A model generated the notes under the pieces. It saw only the letters and a program-made list of their open reading frames with translations. It did not search any database and was not told the origin of the DNA. From NCBI GenBank assembly GCA_001179505.1, contig CDMY01000201.1, positions 1 through 64,000 of the forward strand: DNA of 64,000 bases, in the 5' to 3' direction. The DNA comes from Vitrella brassicaformis CCMP3155. Lineage: Eukaryota > Protista > Chromerida. Below, piece by piece: positions 59,432 through 64,000 of the stretch (positions within the stretch are counted from its first letter, which is position 1; each line of letters opens with the position of its first letter). Position numbers and translations under genes: made by a program.

Positions 59432-61065
59432 ATGCTGGGCAAGAGGCTGGGTGATCTGTACAGCTATGTGTTCACGGCCCTGCTGGACCTCATTGAGAGG
59501 GGATGGGTGCCCGAAGTCATCGTCAGAAGAGGTAATTGCACGAAAACAGTCACTTTGCACCAAGCACACGTGGCGCCTGCATGAGCACTCTGCGTGTGTG
59601 GCGCCATGCAGGCATCCGGCTTCTGCTGAGTCAGCGCCACGCTGAGCTGGTCAACGGCGGCGAGGTCGAGAAGGCAAGGGTCGTCGATAAGCTGCGTCGA
59701 GGCCGCATCGCTGAGGACACCGACAAGGCCAACGAGCAACACTATGAGCTGCCGACCATATTCTTCCAAAAGACGCTCGGTAAGCAAGACAACGGGGATG
59801 CTGCAGGTGGGTCGGACAGACGAGCATGCCAGTGGGTGTGGTGTGTGAGTGTGTGTCAGGTCCGTATATGAAGTACAGCTGTTGTCTGTTTGAGAGTCCG
59901 TCGGCGTCGCTGGCCGAGGCAGAGGAGGCCATGCTCGACCTCTACGTCAAGAGGGCAGACATACACGACGGTAGGCACGACACACAAACACCCATGCTCA
60001 CACGCACACCCACGGTATGGGCTGTGGTTGTGCTTGGTGCCTGCAGGGATGCGTGTGTTAGATCTGGGCTGTGGGTGGGGCAGCCTCACTCTCTACCTCC
60101 TCAAGCGCTTCCCCAGCCTCACTGTCATCTCGGTGTCCAACTCCCAGCCACAGCGGCTGTTCATCGAGAGCAAGGCCGCAGCCATGGGCCTCAAAGACCG
60201 CACCAACGTCATCACGTGCGACGCCAATGAGCTGTCCTTCCCGACGGAGGGCGGCATTGCCGGCGGGTTTGACCGCATCATGGCGATCGAGTCGTTTGAG
60301 CACATGCGCAACTGGCATGAGCTGCTCAGCCGGTGCGGTGGGTGGCTGAGGCAGGACGGCGAGGGGCGGATGTTTCTGCACTTCTTCTGCCACAAGACGT
60401 TCCCTTATCTGTTCGAAGTCCGCGACGCCACGGGTGAGCGCAGACTGGTCTGTCTGGTCAATGCATCCATCCCATGCCCTTCTCATTATGTGTGGTGTGT
60501 GTCTGTGTGGCAACCAGACTGGATGACGCAGTATTTCTTCACAGGCGGCATCATGCCTTCCCTCGACCTGGTGGAGCAGCTGCACCGAGGGGACAGTGAC
60601 AGTGATGGTGGGTCGGTGCTGCCTCTGACTGAGGAGCAGCGGTGGTACGTTGACGGCACCCACTATCAGCTGACATCGGAGACGTGGCTCAAGACGCTCG
60701 ACAAACACAGACAGGTGCGTATGGATGGATGGATGGATGGATGGATGGATGGGCGCATATTCTGTGTAAGTGTGAGTGTGTGTGTGTGTGTTGGTGTTGT
60801 GTGTGCAGGACAGCGAGTTGATGGGTGCGTTTGAGGACACCTATGGCGCACAGGCAGCCAACAGATGGTTCAACAGGTGCGCAGACACTGCACACGTATG
60901 TACCATTCCCCGACACACCCATGCCATGCCTTCTCGCTGTGTGCGCATGTGGTCAGGTGGCGGATGTTCTACCTGGCCGTGGCCGAGTGTTTTGGCTACC
61001 AGGGGGGCGGTGTGTGGGGGGTGGCTCACGTGTTGCTCAAACACAGCAGGCCGACACAGCAGTGA
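59432..61065 (+). CDS. Class I SAM-dependent methyltransferase, coclaurine N-methyltransferase-like/CMAS family; multi-exon
   Basis: ANEQHYELP, MKYSCC, VLDLGCGWGS, FDRIMAIESFEHMRN, WMTQYFFTGGIMPS, HYQLTSETWL, WRMFYLAVAECFGY. Confidence 0.92.
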
Positions 61066-62483
61066 TGAATGCACTGTGTGAGATAGATGAGGTGCGTGTC
61101 GCCGTTTTGTGGCTCTCTAGGAGGTGGTGGCGGCCTTTGTTGCCTTAATGTATGTGCCGTCCGTGTACGATTGCATCAGACGATCGAGGGATGTCTCGAT
61201 AGACAGACGTGAGGCAGAATGAATGAGTGTCTCTCTTAAGAATGGCACACAGCACAGACGGCAAGGATAGACGAACGGACGGCAGCCTCGCGGCAGTTTT
61301 TGAATCCAATGAATACGCGAGGGAGATGATGTGCTCAGTCATGTCGGATTCCTCGCACTTCTACTTGCAGCCTGAGCTACGCTGTGTGTACATCAGTGCC
61401 GCGTGTGGCTGCTGGGAAGGGACCCAAGGCAAAGAACACGTCATTCTCCGGTCAAACTCACACAGGTTATCGAGGTCACGGATACTTGCTGGCCTAGTCC
61501 CCTGTGTAAGTCCCCTTTGATACTGGTGGGTGTGTGTGCTATTGTACTGGTTGAATGAGCACGTGACACGAATGGGGTCACATAGAACGCATGTCTAGGC
61601 ACAAAGGATAGTGTCTGTCTGTCTGTCTGTCCGCCAGCCTGTCTGTCTGTCTGTACACACAGTAGGCAGCCGTCAGTCAGCCATATCCATCCATCCATCT
61701 GTCTGTCTGAGAGCCTTCCCCGAGTCAGCCCTCTAATCAGCCAGTCAACCAACCAAGCAAGCAAAGCAACTAGAGCACCCAGCACCACCCATCGCAAGCA
61801 GCAAAGCACAGAGCAGACACGGACACGCCCACGAAACCAGCCAGCGACAAATAAATCAAGGGCGAGTCATAGATAGATTAGATTGAGGCAGCCAAAGAGG
61901 AACGATAGATGGTATGCATACGCACATACACACATAGGTTTGAGGCCCCTGTAAGGGTTCAAGGGGCGGCAAGGGAGGGACACACAGCGAGGCGCGAGAG
62001 GGAAAACAGACACTAGACATACATACATTGCCTTGATGATGTTCATGGCACGATAAGCACGCAGAGGAAGGGACACAGACAGGCAGGCAGACAGACGGGC
62101 TGAAAAACGAGTTGGGTTGTAGAAGCTCTCCTCTCTCTCTCTCTCTCTCTCTCCTCTCCCTCTCCCCAGCGGCTTTCAGCAGCTAGTCCAGTCAGTGTAT
62201 CTCCCGATCGCTCTCGTATAAACGACCCATACATAAGCCATAGATCGAGACATACATACATACACGATGAAACGATAGATAGAAGGATACACACATGATG
62301 ATAATGATAATGATAATGGTAACGGCAATGATATAAACGTACGAAGCGCATACCGACTTACATGCAGACATACACACACACACACACACACATACACAGA
62401 GCTAGACAGATATCCCCTGTTTGTTTGGTCTACGCCGACCCCAAACTCACCCCCCTCCTTTTGCTAATGAGTGAGTCCGTCAG

Positions 62484-64000
62484 TCACCCAATGACCCACT
62501 CGCCAGATGCGGGGCTTTCCCTCCTCTCCTGACCCTCAGACGACACCACATCACACACACCCAAACCAGACCCGGTCCCCTCAACCACTCCCTGCCCCTC
62601 AGGCTGCTGCTGCTGCTGCAGCTCAGGCGCAGCACTGTCGACACTACTGTGGGCCGGGGTGCTGTCAGTGTGGGAGTTGGGTTGGGGTGGCTTCGATGTG
62701 CGTCGCTTCTTCTTGCCGGCCACCAGGGAGTGGTAGGGCACAAATGCCTTGGTGGCCGGATCGTAGAAACCCTTACCTACACGGCAAGGCATACAGACCA
62801 ATTGTTGGGGTGGGCTGGGTGTGTGGTGGGTGGGTGGCTCACAACTTACTGTCTCTGAGTCTGAAGGACTTCTTGCGTTCGTTCGTCTGCTGTCCGTTGG
62901 AGGCCTCCTTGGCCTCGACCAGCGAATCTAGCTCCTCATGCCACTTCCAACGCAACGGCGGCTCGTCCTCAGCTACCTCAACCTGACGTCACGTTCACAC
63001 ACACACACACACACACGGGCCGAAGAGTTCTTCACTCTGCTGGTGTGGTGTGGTGTGGTGTGGTGTGTTGCAGTGCTATGACTGACCGTATCGAATCCCA
63101 CCGGTCGGTACCGCTTAGGGCCGAGCGGGCCAGCCGCAGGCAGCTGCACACACGGAGGGCTGACACATACAACAAACAACACAACACACACATGCAGAAG
63201 GCCCCCCTCCTTGCCTCCCTCCCTCCCTCCCTCCCTCCCTCTCTCCCTGTCTCCCTGTCTGCGTACGGTGAGGGGTTGAGGCCGGCCATGGATCCCGCCT
63301 TCCCGCTGACCGACAGCGGTGCGGCCTCGAGTATGAAGATGTTGAGGGCCAGCTTGGTGCCCTGGGTCACCACCTCACCGGCATGCTCGGCACGCTGGTC
63401 GATGAGCCCCTCGTCAGTCACGTTGGGCCACAGCACCGCACGCCCCTCCTGGGCCGCCACCCGGACGCCCATGTCGTAGCTGCTGGGCGCCTTGACGCGC
63501 GTGAAGAAGGTCGACCCGCCCGCCATCGGACCCTTCAGATACACCAACATCGCTGCGCACATACAGACACGGAAGAAACGAACTTCCATACGTACTCTCT
63601 GTTTCCTTTCCCGTTGTCTGTCTGCCTTACTTGCGAGTCGCTTGAGTTGCAGTGCCTTCCGGCCGCAGCCCTCGAAGAAGAACTGCCCCCGCTCCTCACA
63701 CCAGGCCCCGGAGTCGTGATGCGGCCCGAAATGGTGGCCCTTGTGGTACAGGAACGGTCGGGACACCTCCAGCTGCTCCATGGGCACCCCCAGGCCGTCA
63801 GCTATGCGCGTCACCAGTGGGTCCAGCAGCTCACGGGGCGGCAGACCTCGGCAGATGAACGAAGTGCGGATGGGGTCGGCCTCCATTTTGCCGTCGCGGG
63901 CGACGGCCGCCCGCATGCTGTTGGCCTTGTTCTTGAGGTGCCCGAAGCACCACTTCTTGATGGCCTTGACCCACTCGGACGGCATGAACTCGTCCACCAC
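62484..64000 (-). CDS. Prolyl-4-hydroxylase-like 2OG-Fe(II) oxygenase, 5' end beyond the window
   Basis: HFGPHHD (HxD), LVYLKG...GGST.F, GRAVLWPN, EHAGEVVTQGTK (distal His and 2OG-binding Lys). 3' end approximate. Confidence 0.82.

Noticed and set aside
61441-61809. Hydrophobic ORF MLCCLRWVVLGALVALLAWLVDWL as a membrane-protein gene
   Set aside because: The hydrophobic stretch derives from (TGCT)/(TGGT) simple repeats, and the rest is intron-like repeat sequence.

Overview
Intron-rich, GC-rich eukaryotic DNA with no prokaryotic features: I saw no rRNA, tRNA, CRISPR array or IS element. Short introns full of (GT)n/(CAGA)n/(GGAT)n microsatellites, AP2-type proteins and TLDc domains of this type point to a chromerid alga, most likely Vitrella-like (inference). 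The supplied ORF track fragments most genes, so I rebuilt about 22 spliced gene models by hand from GT-AG/GC-AG junctions and frame continuity. They include a GT34 glycosyltransferase, biotin-protein ligase, inositol polyphosphate kinase, TRAPPC12, a 2230-aa multi-AP2 protein, a CGRRF1/MGRN1-like RING ligase, a CAMK-group kinase, U2AF65, a cyclic-nucleotide phosphodiesterase, glutaredoxin, homoserine kinase, CacyBP, a MYND protein, a tandem-TLDc protein, a CNMT-like methyltransferase and a partial P4H-like oxygenase. Three observations stand out. (1) The phosphodiesterase (39481-44708) carries a pore-less S1-S4 voltage-sensor domain directly upstream of an intact class I PDE domain, preceded by a polycystin-1-like membrane module: a candidate voltage-sensing phosphodiesterase. 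(2) A four-exon secreted Cys-rich protein (12608-13379, minus) has an in-frame UGA at codon 61 with the frame continuing across three more exons: a candidate new selenoprotein or readthrough product, although I found no canonical SECIS by eye. (3) The AP2 protein is built from about 14 modules, most of them of an extended, divergent type. There are two 300-N assembly gaps.
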